Of a DNA stretch of 64,000 nt, positions 49,554-59,959 are shown in pieces. A program made the position numbers and the translations under genes. The stretch's first letter is position 1. Each line of letters begins with the position of its first letter. Source of the stretch: a virus (Duplodnaviria > Heunggongvirae > Uroviricota > Caudoviricetes); the IMG/VR virus record IMGVR_UViG_3300012153_000089, positions 64,001-128,000 of that record; one strand, given 5' to 3'. The notes under the pieces are model-generated. The model saw only the letters and a list, made by a program, of their open reading frames with translations, was not told the DNA's origin and ran no database searches.

Positions 49554-50546
49554 ATGTCTAATATTAACAAAAGATCAGTAATTATCGAAACAATGTCCAA
49601 AGCTACTACCAATAAAAAATATGATGAAATGGATTACGAGAGCTCTGTTAAGTTAATCAAGGAATTGGCTTCAAATCCAAACCCGATGAACCTATATGAA
49701 CTCAACCAAATTGTTGCTTACTCTGTAGATACTATTTTGGACACTAGACTAAAGTACATTGAAATGATTGCCGAAGTTAAACGAACAGATTTCAATGAAC
49801 GTCCAAAATTCAAAACAAAAACAGAAGGAATTAAAGCTTACTGGCAGGCAATTGGCGGTACTGCGGATCGTTCTAAAGTAGGACACAAATATTCTGGATT
49901 GGATATTGAAGAGTTGTCTGCAATGCCAGTTGCTGAGTGGGCTGAAATTGCTGCTGGTCGATATGATTTTGTAGAATTACTTCGTGACACAGCAAATGAA
50001 TTTGAAATCAAAGCAGCTCAAAAAGTACAAAGCACCCTGTATGCTGGTTATGAAGGTCTTGCTGCTCCAATTTATGCTTCAGGTAACGGCGTTATTGCAA
50101 ATGCGTTTGATCCATTGCTTACTGCTATGCAACGATTTGGTGGTCGAGCTGCAATCATTGGTGACTACGAAGCATTGCAAAAACTTCCTAATTTGACTTC
50201 CATTCAAGGTCGCACCAGTGACACCATTATCGATGAAGTAAACTCCAATGGTTTAATTGGTACATACAAAGGAGCTCCAGTTATCAAATTGGATAATCCT
50301 TATGTTGGATTCCAAGGATATGAGACTGCTCTCGATAAAGGATTGATCTATATCGTTCCAGCAGCATCAGATGACCTTAAAACTCTTAAAGTTCAATTTG
50401 CTGGCGATGTTGTTCCTATGCAAGAACAAACAATTAAGGATCGTTCTTATACAATGCGCTTTGACAAGCATATGGGCGCTGGCTTGGTTGATGCGGGACG
50501 TCACACTTTGGCAATCTACAAAGATGAGACTCTCTCCACTCTTTAA
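49554..50546 (+). CDS. major capsid protein (YonB-like)
   Basis: 330 aa, strong RBS, position. Confidence 0.7.
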   Translation: MSNINKRSVIIETMSKATTNKKYDEMDYESSVKLIKELASNPNPMNLYELNQIVAYSVDTILDTRLKYIEMIAEVKRTDFNERPKFKTKTEGIKAYWQAIGGTADRSKVGHKYSGLDIEELSAMPVAEWAEIAAGRYDFVELLRDTANEFEIKAAQKVQSTLYAGYEGLAAPIYASGNGVIANAFDPLLTAMQRFGGRAAIIGDYEALQKLPNLTSIQGRTSDTIIDEVNSNGLIGTYKGAPVIKLDNPYVGFQGYETALDKGLIYIVPAASDDLKTLKVQFAGDVVPMQEQTIKDRSYTMRFDKHMGAGLVDAGRHTLAIYKDETLSTL

Positions 50547-50618
50547 TAGTAAATTGAAACATATAATACAAAAACGAGGGAATAGAAATGTTCCCTCATA
50601 TCTTTTCGGGAGGAATAT

Positions 50619-51056
50619 ATGCAGACGAAAAAAGTTAAAGTTACTAATCCATATGCGAGTGCAGTTGGATTGCGCCTGATGGACGGCATGAGAGAAGTCC
50701 TTGTGCACCCTAAAGGTTTTATTATGTTGGACTCAGAAGAAATCTTCTACATCAACAATATGTCTAGTATTTTTAGTAAACGTAGATTGCTGGTGCAAGA
50801 TGACGAGGTAAACATGGAGCTTGGATTGATTTCAGAATCTACAGATGTTGTAGGCATGACTGATGAGCAAATTGAGACACTGCTTAAAGGAAACATCATG
50901 ACAATGAAAAAACATCTCTCTGGAATCACAGATAAACAGGTGATTGGTCGAGTAATTGAAGTGTCTAAGAAAATCGAAGACTTGGCTACTGGTAAACTTA
51001 AAATCATTCAAGAAATTAGCGGATACGATTTTGATCAACTTATTTCTGCCGAATAG
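50619..51056 (+). CDS. virion-associated hypothetical protein
   Basis: Position after capsid. Confidence 0.5.
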   Translation: MQTKKVKVTNPYASAVGLRLMDGMREVLVHPKGFIMLDSEEIFYINNMSSIFSKRRLLVQDDEVNMELGLISESTDVVGMTDEQIETLLKGNIMTMKKHLSGITDKQVIGRVIEVSKKIEDLATGKLKIIQEISGYDFDQLISAE

Positions 51057-51064
51057 GTGGAAAT

Positions 51065-51469
51065 ATGTATACAGGCTACGATTCAATATACGATAGGTTT
51101 CTTACCAAAATCACTGACTACGAAATGGCAGAACTTTTAGACGAAGAACTAGAAGTTCAACTTATAAAGTATTTACGTAGCGCGATATCAGATTTTAAAT
51201 ACGCCTCAAAACTGCTTGCTGAAAGAGACGACTCTCAGCTTGTCTTTTTAAGACAATTAAGCGATCTCGAACAAGAGATTTTAGCCAAGTTTATGATAAT
51301 ACATTGGTTAACTCCTCAAATTTTACGACTTGAAAACGTCAGGAATGAGTTGGGCAACAAAGACTTTAAACTGTACTCTCCTGCCAACTTCCTCGATAAA
51401 ATCAGTAAAATGAAAAACGATATCAAGGCAGAAGTTAATCAAGATATGGTTTTTTATTATTATAGTTAG
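51065..51469 (+). CDS. head-tail adaptor
   Basis: TGYDSIYDRFL.KITDY N-terminus; position. Confidence 0.55.
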   Translation: MYTGYDSIYDRFLTKITDYEMAELLDEELEVQLIKYLRSAISDFKYASKLLAERDDSQLVFLRQLSDLEQEILAKFMIIHWLTPQILRLENVRNELGNKDFKLYSPANFLDKISKMKNDIKAEVNQDMVFYYYS

Positions 51470-51472
51470 TAG

Positions 51473-52693
51473 GTGTTGCTATTGAATTCAATTAGCGACT
51501 ACAAAAAAAGAGTTGGTAAACAAAAAAATGTTGAGTCTTCTACTGTCAAACATGCAAAGCACTCGATTAAAACTTTCTTTAGACACTCGCCATCTTTTGA
51601 GGAAGTCTTGTTAAATAACGATGAAGTAAAAGTCCCAGTTCAGATTGTGTCTGATGCAAAAATACCAACTGTTAAAACTATACTGATGGAGCCGGGTTAT
51701 ACAATAAGAGCAGGACAAATGGTTAAACGATCTAATGGCGAGACTTGGCTTTGTCTTAGTGACGACCCCAACGATGTATATGTTAGTGGGAAAATTGAAA
51801 GATGCAACTTTGATTTAAAGTGGATCAACAAAGAAGGACAACTTCAAACCTTCCCATCCATTCTATACTTTAATGCTCGTTCCAACTTTGGTACTGAAGA
51901 AGATAAGGTTATGAATCTACCTGCGGGACGAAGACAGATTGTAGTGAGTAAAAATAATCAAACTCATTCAATACAGCGTGATACACGTTTCATAATTGGC
52001 AATGAAGCATTTAAGGTAATTGATACAGATTATATGTCAGATGATGGATTAGTAAATTTGAGTTTACAATCCGATCAGATTAATGTGACCACAGACAATA
52101 TAGAGTTAGGTATTGCAGATTATAACAAGTTGACCAAATACACTCTACAAATCATTAATGACAACCCCCTCTCAATTAGCCAACACCAGAGCGCTAAGGT
52201 AAACGTTAAAGTGACTAAAAATGATAACCCAGTGCCACAACCTGAAGTTGTTTATGAAAGTACAACTCCTGAAATTGTTCAAGTTGACTCGAATGGGAAT
52301 TTAGCAATACTCCAATCCGGTGATGCAGAGATTAAGGTTTCCGCTTATGGTTTGACCCAGACGTTGGAAATTTATGTCGCTCCCACTAGTCATTATGATT
52401 ATGTTGCTACTATAGACGGAGCAAATGAAATTTACTCAAATCGCCAGTCTGAATATGTCGCTACATTTTGGAATAATGGATTACAGTTATCTGATGAAAG
52501 TATGTTTTCATTAACTTCCGAAGATGGCTCCCCCACTCTCCTCGCTGCAATTACCTCGCAAGATTCAATTAAAAACACCTGTATAGTCAAAGCAAACAGT
52601 AACCGTAAGCTGGGTACTGTTATTTTGCACGTTAAGAATGCCAATGGATTATCGTTTGGACAAAAAACAATAAAAGTAAAATCACTAATTTAA
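51473..52693 (+). CDS. head-closure-like protein with Ig-like C-terminal domains
   Basis: Beta-rich; S.TPEIVQVDSNGNL Ig-like motif. Confidence 0.55.
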   Translation: MLLLNSISDYKKRVGKQKNVESSTVKHAKHSIKTFFRHSPSFEEVLLNNDEVKVPVQIVSDAKIPTVKTILMEPGYTIRAGQMVKRSNGETWLCLSDDPNDVYVSGKIERCNFDLKWINKEGQLQTFPSILYFNARSNFGTEEDKVMNLPAGRRQIVVSKNNQTHSIQRDTRFIIGNEAFKVIDTDYMSDDGLVNLSLQSDQINVTTDNIELGIADYNKLTKYTLQIINDNPLSISQHQSAKVNVKVTKNDNPVPQPEVVYESTTPEIVQVDSNGNLAILQSGDAEIKVSAYGLTQTLEIYVAPTSHYDYVATIDGANEIYSNRQSEYVATFWNNGLQLSDESMFSLTSEDGSPTLLAAITSQDSIKNTCIVKANSNRKLGTVILHVKNANGLSFGQKTIKVKSLI

Positions 52694-52698
52694 GGAGC

Positions 52699-53214
52699 GT
52701 GTATATGGGTCAAGGAATTGTTCGCTTTGGTGAACTGAAAGTTGAAAATTTTATAGAGGGTATTACTAACAATTGGCTTATTTACTCGCCTCTCCCCTAC
52801 TCGCGTCAACATTCTAGCGGTATTGATGGGGACATTGTAATCAGTGCAACACCAACAATTGAGATTATTGATGTCGATTTGGATGTACCGATTAACCCGC
52901 AATACGCATTTGCATATTCTGTGGCAACGGATAACAAGCTGAAGATGGCATTCGATAAGACAAAGTTTGATAAAGCAGGTGCAATTGAAGCGCTAAAATG
53001 CGTAAGCATTATCTATGAGCTTGGACATCTTGAGACTGTCGGCAATAACTATGTAATGATTGTTCGAAATAGTTTGGGTGAAGAAATCCATCGCACAGTA
53101 CCACAAACTTTAGATCAGGCCAAGACAGTTATTTCTACGTTTGACGATACTCGATCCGTTGATGTAAGTGGATTTCTACGTTACGAAATGGTACGTGACT
53201 ATAAAGTCACCTAA
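52699..53214 (+). CDS. hypothetical protein
   Basis: 171 aa with RBS AAGGAG inside the structural operon. Confidence 0.55.
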   Translation: MYMGQGIVRFGELKVENFIEGITNNWLIYSPLPYSRQHSSGIDGDIVISATPTIEIIDVDLDVPINPQYAFAYSVATDNKLKMAFDKTKFDKAGAIEALKCVSIIYELGHLETVGNNYVMIVRNSLGEEIHRTVPQTLDQAKTVISTFDDTRSVDVSGFLRYEMVRDYKVT

Positions 53215-53230
53215 CCTCTAAGGAGGTATT

Positions 53231-53701
53231 ATGGCTCGATTTGAAAATTTAGCTAGAGACAAGGCTACAGTTATTGATAAAATACTTGCCTGCAATGATA
53301 TCATGAAAGCATTAAATTATAACGAAACTAACTTTCTTGATCAACCCGAGTTTGATCCTGCAATTCTACTCTTCGATCGTCTTTTTCCCCATCGTTTTAT
53401 ACCCGGGACATCCGAAAAAAAGAAAACCTACATTACTATCTCCTTTGGAAAATACAGGCCAATTAAAAATTCATTTAAAGGTGGACTAATTACTTTCAGC
53501 GTCTTCACTCATCAAGACCTCTTTAGGACAGATTATGGGAGCCTTCGAACAGACTTCATAATCACTAAGTTGGATGAAATTTTTAATGAAGCAGAAGGCT
53601 TAGGAGTAGGTAAGGCTGAGTTTTATGATATGGATGCGTTGAGCGTTAATACAGATTATCACGGGTCGTACATAAGCTATAAAGTATGTGATTTTAACTA
53701 A
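53231..53701 (+). CDS. tail terminator/completion-like protein
   Basis: Position and size. Confidence 0.5.
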   Translation: MARFENLARDKATVIDKILACNDIMKALNYNETNFLDQPEFDPAILLFDRLFPHRFIPGTSEKKKTYITISFGKYRPIKNSFKGGLITFSVFTHQDLFRTDYGSLRTDFIITKLDEIFNEAEGLGVGKAEFYDMDALSVNTDYHGSYISYKVCDFN

Positions 53702-54417
53702 TGGAAATAGATCGTTTAGCATTATTCTTGGGAAATCCTTATGTGTTGGAATCTGGGTTGAAGATTTACTCGCCTACAGTCAATGAAATTTCATTAATAG
53801 GATATCAAGATTACATGGTAAAACTAACATTGTGTTCGTTCAACAAAGACACTATATTGGTTGACTTGTTTGGAGTTTCTAGCGATGTGATTGACGAAAT
53901 ATCTCATCTAGATGACTTTGAGGTATTAATCGATCAAGAAGCAATTAGAGACCACATTGCAGAGTCGCTTAGTTTCTTTGTTCACGGTGAAGTTAAATTT
54001 GATCCCATCTATCAAGCATTCATGTTAGAAGATAGAGTTTTGATTTCTAGTAGCAACTATTTAGAAGTTGTAGATTTAATCAAGCAGTTGAATTGCAGTA
54101 AAACTGAAACTGAAAAGCTCAATACAACAAGTATCAAAGCTCAAGAAATGTTGAAAAAAATGATGATGTTTGAACAAAAACAAAAGAAACAGGATGACGG
54201 ACTTGATCTAAAAGACGTTCTTTCTGTTCTTTGTGCTGCCAATGGAAATGGAATTGATATCTTTAATATAAAAACTCTAACCATTTATCAAGTGTATGAA
54301 CAGTTCGAACGGCTAACTACCAAAGACAGTTTTGAGCGTGTACTGCCTGTTTGGGCGAATGGTCACTTAGGGAAAGAGGATAAGCTTCCTGAATGGATCA
54401 AGAAAACAAAATTATAG
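53701..54417 (+). CDS. tail-region hypothetical protein
   Basis: Translationally coupled; co-oriented. Confidence 0.5.
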   Translation: MEIDRLALFLGNPYVLESGLKIYSPTVNEISLIGYQDYMVKLTLCSFNKDTILVDLFGVSSDVIDEISHLDDFEVLIDQEAIRDHIAESLSFFVHGEVKFDPIYQAFMLEDRVLISSSNYLEVVDLIKQLNCSKTETEKLNTTSIKAQEMLKKMMMFEQKQKKQDDGLDLKDVLSVLCAANGNGIDIFNIKTLTIYQVYEQFERLTTKDSFERVLPVWANGHLGKEDKLPEWIKKTKL

Positions 54418-54443
54418 AGAATTCCTAATGGAGGTACATAAAT

Positions 54444-55211
54444 ATGGCATTACAACTTGATCGTTACGGTTCACGTAACAATCTAAATTTGCAAATTTTT
54501 GATTATGTGTCTAGTACACCAATCATGACTTTTGACTACGCAACAACTTCAAGCAATGAATTTACTGGTGAAACAGTATATGCGCGCGGTGGCGATGGCA
54601 ACCCGCCCCGTATCTCATGGAATGGAGATAAAAACTCCACTCTGACAATTGAAACTCAAGTTTTCACTCTACAGCACCTTTCTATGCTTGCTGGTGAGCC
54701 AATTCAACATGGCGCGCAAAATATTTTTAAAACTGAAGTACTGATGGTTGAGGATGATGGTTCTGGCGGCAAACAAATCACACTGTCTAAGAAGCCTATT
54801 GGAGATGTAAGTGTATTTAGTTATGTGCGTGGCATCAAAACAGATCCTCAAACTGTGGACTCGATTACCAGTATGGTTGTAACTCTTGATTCGACTGCAA
54901 CCGTAAAGGTTGGAGAAGATGTTGAAGTATTCTACCAATTTACTGCTGCAAACGCTGCGAAACTTTCCTACACTGCAAAAGGATTCCCTAGCTATGTGAA
55001 AATTGTTGGTGACACTCTGTATGCTCAAGAAATCGGTGGCGGTGTAACAGCTTCACAGCAAACTTTCCACAAAGCAAAATTGCAACCTAACTTCACTGTT
55101 ACTTATTCTCCTACTGGAGATCCAGCATCATTGACACTAACTTACGATCTGTTCCCTGTACGTGTTAATGGTGTTGAAGTAATGAAAGATGAAGTATTGT
55201 ACGAAGATTAA
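54444..55211 (+). CDS. major tail (tube) protein
   Basis: VYARGGDGNPPRISW..DK..TLT; followed by terminator. Confidence 0.7.
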   Translation: MALQLDRYGSRNNLNLQIFDYVSSTPIMTFDYATTSSNEFTGETVYARGGDGNPPRISWNGDKNSTLTIETQVFTLQHLSMLAGEPIQHGAQNIFKTEVLMVEDDGSGGKQITLSKKPIGDVSVFSYVRGIKTDPQTVDSITSMVVTLDSTATVKVGEDVEVFYQFTAANAAKLSYTAKGFPSYVKIVGDTLYAQEIGGGVTASQQTFHKAKLQPNFTVTYSPTGDPASLTLTYDLFPVRVNGVEVMKDEVLYED

Positions 55212-55220
55212 AATACATAT

Positions 55221-55255
55221 GGGCTGAGTCTAATTGGCTTAGCCCTATTTTTTTC
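55221..55255 (+). terminator. intrinsic terminator after tail tube gene
   Basis: GGGCTGAG / TTAGCCC hairpin plus TTTTTT. Confidence 0.75.
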
Positions 55256-55266
55256 TAGGGGAAAAT

Positions 55267-56046
55267 ATGAAAACAATTACGATTGCTGCACCTGTAAGGA
55301 ATAGAGAATGGATTCTGCCAAATTATCTGTTGAGAATAATCGAGATAAACTATCCCAAATCACTGATCGATCTACATTTTGTAGTTAATGATAGTGCAGA
55401 TAGAACGTTTGAGCTTTTAAATGAATTTAAGAAGGACAATAAAGGACTATATAACAACATTAGAATTGATGTAATCAATCAGAACGTTCCCAATGATGAA
55501 AGAGAGTTTGCCGTTAGAAACAGTCATATATATAAGCATTTGAGTAACTTAAAGAATTACATTATGAGCAAAGTTCGAACCGATAAATTGATTTTTATCG
55601 ACACAGATATTCTTGTTGAACCTAATGTCGTTACTAAGTTACTTAAACACGGCAAAAAGATCATTTCAGGTTTGATTTTTAATGGATATCTAACTAGTAA
55701 TGATAAACCTTATTTATATCCAAATATCATGCAGTTGGATGATAAGGGACAATATCGACATTTGACAAATTACCATGTCAAAACTGCCCCCACCTTACTT
55801 TGTTCTAGATTACAACGAGTGGATTTAACAGGGGCAATTATATTATTGGATAGGTCGGTTTATAAGTCCGTAAAATACGGATTTCATCCACAAGGTGAGG
55901 ACGCATACTTCTGTAAGATGGCTCAAGACAACGGTTTTGAGCTTTTTTGTGATTTAAGCGTTTATTGTCAGCACATTATGTCACCAGAATATCTAAAGGA
56001 GTTTATTAATGAAGCAAAAAACAATACTGTACTTTCCTGTCCTTAA
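55267..56046 (+). CDS. GT2-family glycosyltransferase
   Basis: AAPVRNRE, VVNDSAD, FIDTD (DxD), GEDAYFC. Confidence 0.85.
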   Translation: MKTITIAAPVRNREWILPNYLLRIIEINYPKSLIDLHFVVNDSADRTFELLNEFKKDNKGLYNNIRIDVINQNVPNDEREFAVRNSHIYKHLSNLKNYIMSKVRTDKLIFIDTDILVEPNVVTKLLKHGKKIISGLIFNGYLTSNDKPYLYPNIMQLDDKGQYRHLTNYHVKTAPTLLCSRLQRVDLTGAIILLDRSVYKSVKYGFHPQGEDAYFCKMAQDNGFELFCDLSVYCQHIMSPEYLKEFINEAKNNTVLSCP

Positions 56047-57016
56047 CTGGAGCTTTCTGAAGCAACGCCCCCAACAAATTCTTTCTCAGTTCGCTCGCAA
56101 TGGATGGACTGTTTACTTTTGTAATAATACCCAAACCGATGACCCTATTGAGGAAGTTGAGCCCAACCTACTTGTTGTACATAACTTCGAGAATTTAATG
56201 CGAGATATTAAATATGGAAAAATTAAAATTGATGTCGCTTATGCTACTTGGGCTAAATCTGCTGAGTATTTTGATCGAGTTAACGCAAAAATTAATATAT
56301 ATGACAGTATTGATGAATTCCCAGATTGGGCTTCATACGAAGAGTTCGCTGTAAATAGTGCTGACATTGTTCTGACTTCCAGTCAAAGACTATACGATAT
56401 TCGCAGTGTAATGCATGACAACGTACATCTTGTTAGAAATGCAGCTCCTTCTGAATATATTAATAGAGAGTCAACAAAGCCAGAAGAATATAAAAATATC
56501 GATGGGCCAATCGTAGCATTTATTGGTGCCTTGGGATCTTGGACAAGTACATATCTGATCAAAAAGGTTGCCGAAAGATATCCTACTGTGTTTGTGGGAT
56601 TAGAGTTTGGAAAGCAATGTCCCTCAAATGTAATAAATCTAGGATGCAAGAACCACGATGAACTATACGATTATTACGCTCATGCAGATGTATGCCTTAT
56701 TCCCTTTAATACAAAAACAAATATTACTCAATCCGCTTCTCCTGTAAAAATGTATGAGCACTTAGCCGCTGGTACAGTCACGGTAGCTACAAAGTGGCAT
56801 GAAACCGATCTTTATCCTTCCGCTGTACTCACAGCAGATAATGATGATGAGTTTTTAACTAAAATTGACGAAGCAATTGCTCTATCTAAATCTAATGGTA
56901 TCAAAGAGGAAGCTAAACGTATTGCTCTAGAAAATACTTGGGAAGTGCGCTATTCACAAATTGAGGAAGCCATCGCGAATTACACAGTGAAAAGTGGTGT
57001 TGTTCTTGAAGCTTAG
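56009..57016 (+). CDS. GT-B (GT4/TuaH-like) glycosyltransferase
   Basis: QRPQQI, YDSIDEF, VAFIGAL, DVCLIPF...SPVKMYEHLAAG. Confidence 0.85.
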   Translation: MKQKTILYFPVLNWSFLKQRPQQILSQFARNGWTVYFCNNTQTDDPIEEVEPNLLVVHNFENLMRDIKYGKIKIDVAYATWAKSAEYFDRVNAKINIYDSIDEFPDWASYEEFAVNSADIVLTSSQRLYDIRSVMHDNVHLVRNAAPSEYINRESTKPEEYKNIDGPIVAFIGALGSWTSTYLIKKVAERYPTVFVGLEFGKQCPSNVINLGCKNHDELYDYYAHADVCLIPFNTKTNITQSASPVKMYEHLAAGTVTVATKWHETDLYPSAVLTADNDDEFLTKIDEAIALSKSNGIKEEAKRIALENTWEVRYSQIEEAIANYTVKSGVVLEA

Positions 57017-57977
57017 AATTCTTTGTACCAACAACTCGCAATTAATTAAACAAGGCATTGCGTCGGGTTTTGGAAATCATGGTCACGAAGTATTTATTAT
57101 GGAGGGACCCTACCAGCTTTGGGATAAACCTAAAGAAATTCAGGTTGAATTGTTTAAAGAATTTATCGAAAGCCACTCAATTGATATGGTTTTTTCTGAG
57201 TGTTTTGCTAACTTTGCTGAAGATATTTTTGAATATACAAAAGCGAAAGGTATTTTTCATGCTTATTGGGCAATTGAAGATACCCCACATGACCATTGGA
57301 TAGGCGATCACTGGTCTAACTATGCTGATTACATCTTTACAACTACAGCAGAATGTCTGCCTAACTATTGGAATAAAGGTAAGCCTGCTGAATTAATGCT
57401 TTTCGGATGTAATCCTACTTTTCACAAACAGGTTACAACAGAAATCCATAGAGATATTGTTTTGATAGCGAATAATTACGAGCGTAGAGCCAACCAAACT
57501 AAGAACTACATCCTGCCAGTTGTAGAGCATGGGTTTGATGTAAGTATTTACGGCAATGAATGGTGGATGGATTCCGATCGTGAAACAAATTTATTAAAAC
57601 ACTCTGAGGTTTACAAGGGTTATGGTGCTTATGAAGATTTACCATATTTATATTCATCTAGTAACATCATTCTTGGTCAAAATTTAGATGACCAGTCTAT
57701 TACACAGACTTCAATGAGACCATTTGAAGCATTGGCTGTTGGTGGAGGAATATTGGTATCCCCTTATACCCCTGCGCAAGAGTATTTGTTCCATGAGCAT
57801 ATTTATCTCCCTAGAAATACAGACGAAATTCTCCTAATGGTTCAAGAAGTATTAAATATGACTGATAGACAACGACGCATAAAAGCCAAGAAGGCTCAGA
57901 AATTTGTATATAAATATCATAATTATGATCTAAGAGCAGAACAAGTGATCAATGCATATCACGGACATAAATCTTAA
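56994..57977 (+). CDS. CgeB/YkvP-family glycosyltransferase
   Basis: YWAIEDTP, DYIFTT, LMLFGCNP, SMRPFEALAVGG. Confidence 0.8.
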   Translation: MVLFLKLRILCTNNSQLIKQGIASGFGNHGHEVFIMEGPYQLWDKPKEIQVELFKEFIESHSIDMVFSECFANFAEDIFEYTKAKGIFHAYWAIEDTPHDHWIGDHWSNYADYIFTTTAECLPNYWNKGKPAELMLFGCNPTFHKQVTTEIHRDIVLIANNYERRANQTKNYILPVVEHGFDVSIYGNEWWMDSDRETNLLKHSEVYKGYGAYEDLPYLYSSSNIILGQNLDDQSITQTSMRPFEALAVGGGILVSPYTPAQEYLFHEHIYLPRNTDEILLMVQEVLNMTDRQRRIKAKKAQKFVYKYHNYDLRAEQVINAYHGHKS

Positions 57978-57990
57978 GGGAGATGAATAA

Positions 57991-58473
57991 ATGGCAAAAT
58001 CAAATAAACTAACTCTAGCCAAACTTAATGCTATTGACAGTAAAAATAACCAGCGAAAAACAATCTATGTAACTCCCGATAATCACGAAGTAAATGTACA
58101 TACATATTTCCGTGAATCACTAATGGAGGATGTGGTAACAGAATATATTTCCATTGTAGATGAGTTGAGGTCTCGTACTGAGATTGATGATATTTTGATT
58201 AAAAGTACTTTGAGTTTATTCAATACACTGGTAATGAAAAAATTTACCGACCTCCCCTTTCCTAAAAAGTTGGACTTGGAGAGTTTAGTCAAATATTCTC
58301 GTGTACTTTTGGATAACGACATTACTACAGAAGTAATCAACTCTTTTCCTAAAGAAGAGTTAGATAAGTTGGAACAACGGTTTAAAGCAGCTCAACAACA
58401 AGCAGCTAAAGTAATTGCTGAAATGGCTGTTGCTTCAGTAGCACAAGCTCAGGAAATTTCAGATGCAAGTTAA
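57991..58473 (+). CDS. tail assembly chaperone-like protein
   Basis: Position between tail tube and tape measure. Confidence 0.5.
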   Translation: MAKSNKLTLAKLNAIDSKNNQRKTIYVTPDNHEVNVHTYFRESLMEDVVTEYISIVDELRSRTEIDDILIKSTLSLFNTLVMKKFTDLPFPKKLDLESLVKYSRVLLDNDITTEVINSFPKEELDKLEQRFKAAQQQAAKVIAEMAVASVAQAQEISDAS

Positions 58474-58888
58474 GACTCAACAAGATCTGATTAAGTTTCT
58501 ACAAAAGCTGAATCAGCCTATTGGAAAAGCATTAGTTAATGATGTAGCGAAGACAGTTAAACAAGTTCAGAAAGAAAAAGTAAAAGAAGAAGTCTATGAT
58601 GTGTATGAACCAACTATGTACTCACGTACTGGTCTATTAGGTAGCGAAGATAGTATGAAATCTGAATTAATCAATGACACTACTCTGGTAGTCGAGAATA
58701 TTCGTTCAGATGGTGACAGGAATGTTGCAGAAGTCGTGGAATCCGGTAGCGGGTATAATTTTTCATTCGATTATGCAGGTGTTCCACGTCCATTCACTGA
58801 GGCAACACGAGAAGAATTGAGGAATACAGGTGCTCACAAGGCAGCTCTGTATAAAGGCTTAAAACGCCAAGGAATTAATTTGAAATAA
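58463..58888 (+). CDS. tail-completion (HK97 gp10-like) protein
   Basis: VYDVYEP..YSRTG...RPFTE pattern. Confidence 0.55.
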   Translation: MQVKTQQDLIKFLQKLNQPIGKALVNDVAKTVKQVQKEKVKEEVYDVYEPTMYSRTGLLGSEDSMKSELINDTTLVVENIRSDGDRNVAEVVESGSGYNFSFDYAGVPRPFTEATREELRNTGAHKAALYKGLKRQGINLK

Positions 58889-58957
58889 TAAAACACAGGG
58901 AGCGTGTTGATTATGGCATTGGAAAGTTACGATCAATATACATAAGGATGATGTTAA

Positions 58958-59959
58958 ATGAGTAAAAAAGAAGTTAAGCAAAACACATTGCGAGAACCAG
59001 CCAAGAAACAAGCAGAAGTAACAGAGGAAATGTGGCTTCAAGTTAACGAAGACTATAGGGTAATCGCTGAAGAGTTCGTTTCAGTACAAGATCTCTCCCC
59101 CGCATCACGAAAGCAATATACAAGTGTGATACGTCAGTTTGGATGGTACATGGTAAACTCCATGAACAACAAGCCTTTCTATAAGATCACAAAACGCGAT
59201 TTTTTAAGATACCTCAGTTACATACGCGACAATAGAAAAATGTCTTCCTCTGCAATAGGACTCCGTAAATCTGTCATCTCCAGTCTTTGCAACCACATTG
59301 AGAACATCATTGCCGAAGAAGAAGAGAACTATAAACAGTTTAGAAATTTCACTCGTGGCCTCCCTCCTATCGCAAAAAACCGTGTCTATGAAAAAGTCAA
59401 AGTAACTAAAGATGAGTATGACATGTTAATGAGCGTCCTTGAAGAAGATGAAAATTGGCTAGGTATGGCATGGCTTGCGACAGCGTTTAGAGTTGGGGCA
59501 AGACGGTCAGAGATTATCCAGTTCAAAACCGAAATTCTAGACTATAAGATCCCTGAAGGACAGAACTATATAACCTCTCATACAGTTAGGGGTAAGGGAA
59601 AATCCATAGATGGTAAACCTTTACAATATATGTTCCCTCTTGATGTTATTCCTCATATTCAAAAGTGGATCAGTACTCGTGGGTACGAGAGTGAGTATAT
59701 TTTTACCACAAAATACGGCAATGAGATTAAGCCAATGTCAGCAGCATGGGCAGATGATTTTTGTTCCAACACACTGTCAGACATTTTAGAGCGAAGAGTT
59801 AACGTACATATATTTAAGAATTCATGTATTACATATCTATTGGAGTCAGGCGTTGACATTAATTTGGTTTCTAAATTCGTAGCACATCACAATGACATCT
59901 CAACAACATCAATTTATGATTTGCGCGATTTTGAAGATGAGAAAAATCAAATTTTCTAA
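58958..59959 (+). CDS. YomM-like tyrosine recombinase
   Basis: GARRSEI (R), GKGK, VHIFK (HxxK), HHNDISTTSIY; SPbeta-like position before tape measure. Confidence 0.75.
   Translation: MSKKEVKQNTLREPAKKQAEVTEEMWLQVNEDYRVIAEEFVSVQDLSPASRKQYTSVIRQFGWYMVNSMNNKPFYKITKRDFLRYLSYIRDNRKMSSSAIGLRKSVISSLCNHIENIIAEEEENYKQFRNFTRGLPPIAKNRVYEKVKVTKDEYDMLMSVLEEDENWLGMAWLATAFRVGARRSEIIQFKTEILDYKIPEGQNYITSHTVRGKGKSIDGKPLQYMFPLDVIPHIQKWISTRGYESEYIFTTKYGNEIKPMSAAWADDFCSNTLSDILERRVNVHIFKNSCITYLLESGVDINLVSKFVAHHNDISTTSIYDLRDFEDEKNQIF

Noticed and set aside
55267-57977. DNA-hypermodification glycosyltransferases
   Set aside because: No hydroxymethylase or nucleotide-modification genes adjacent; families and late-operon position favour protein or surface glycans, though not excluded.
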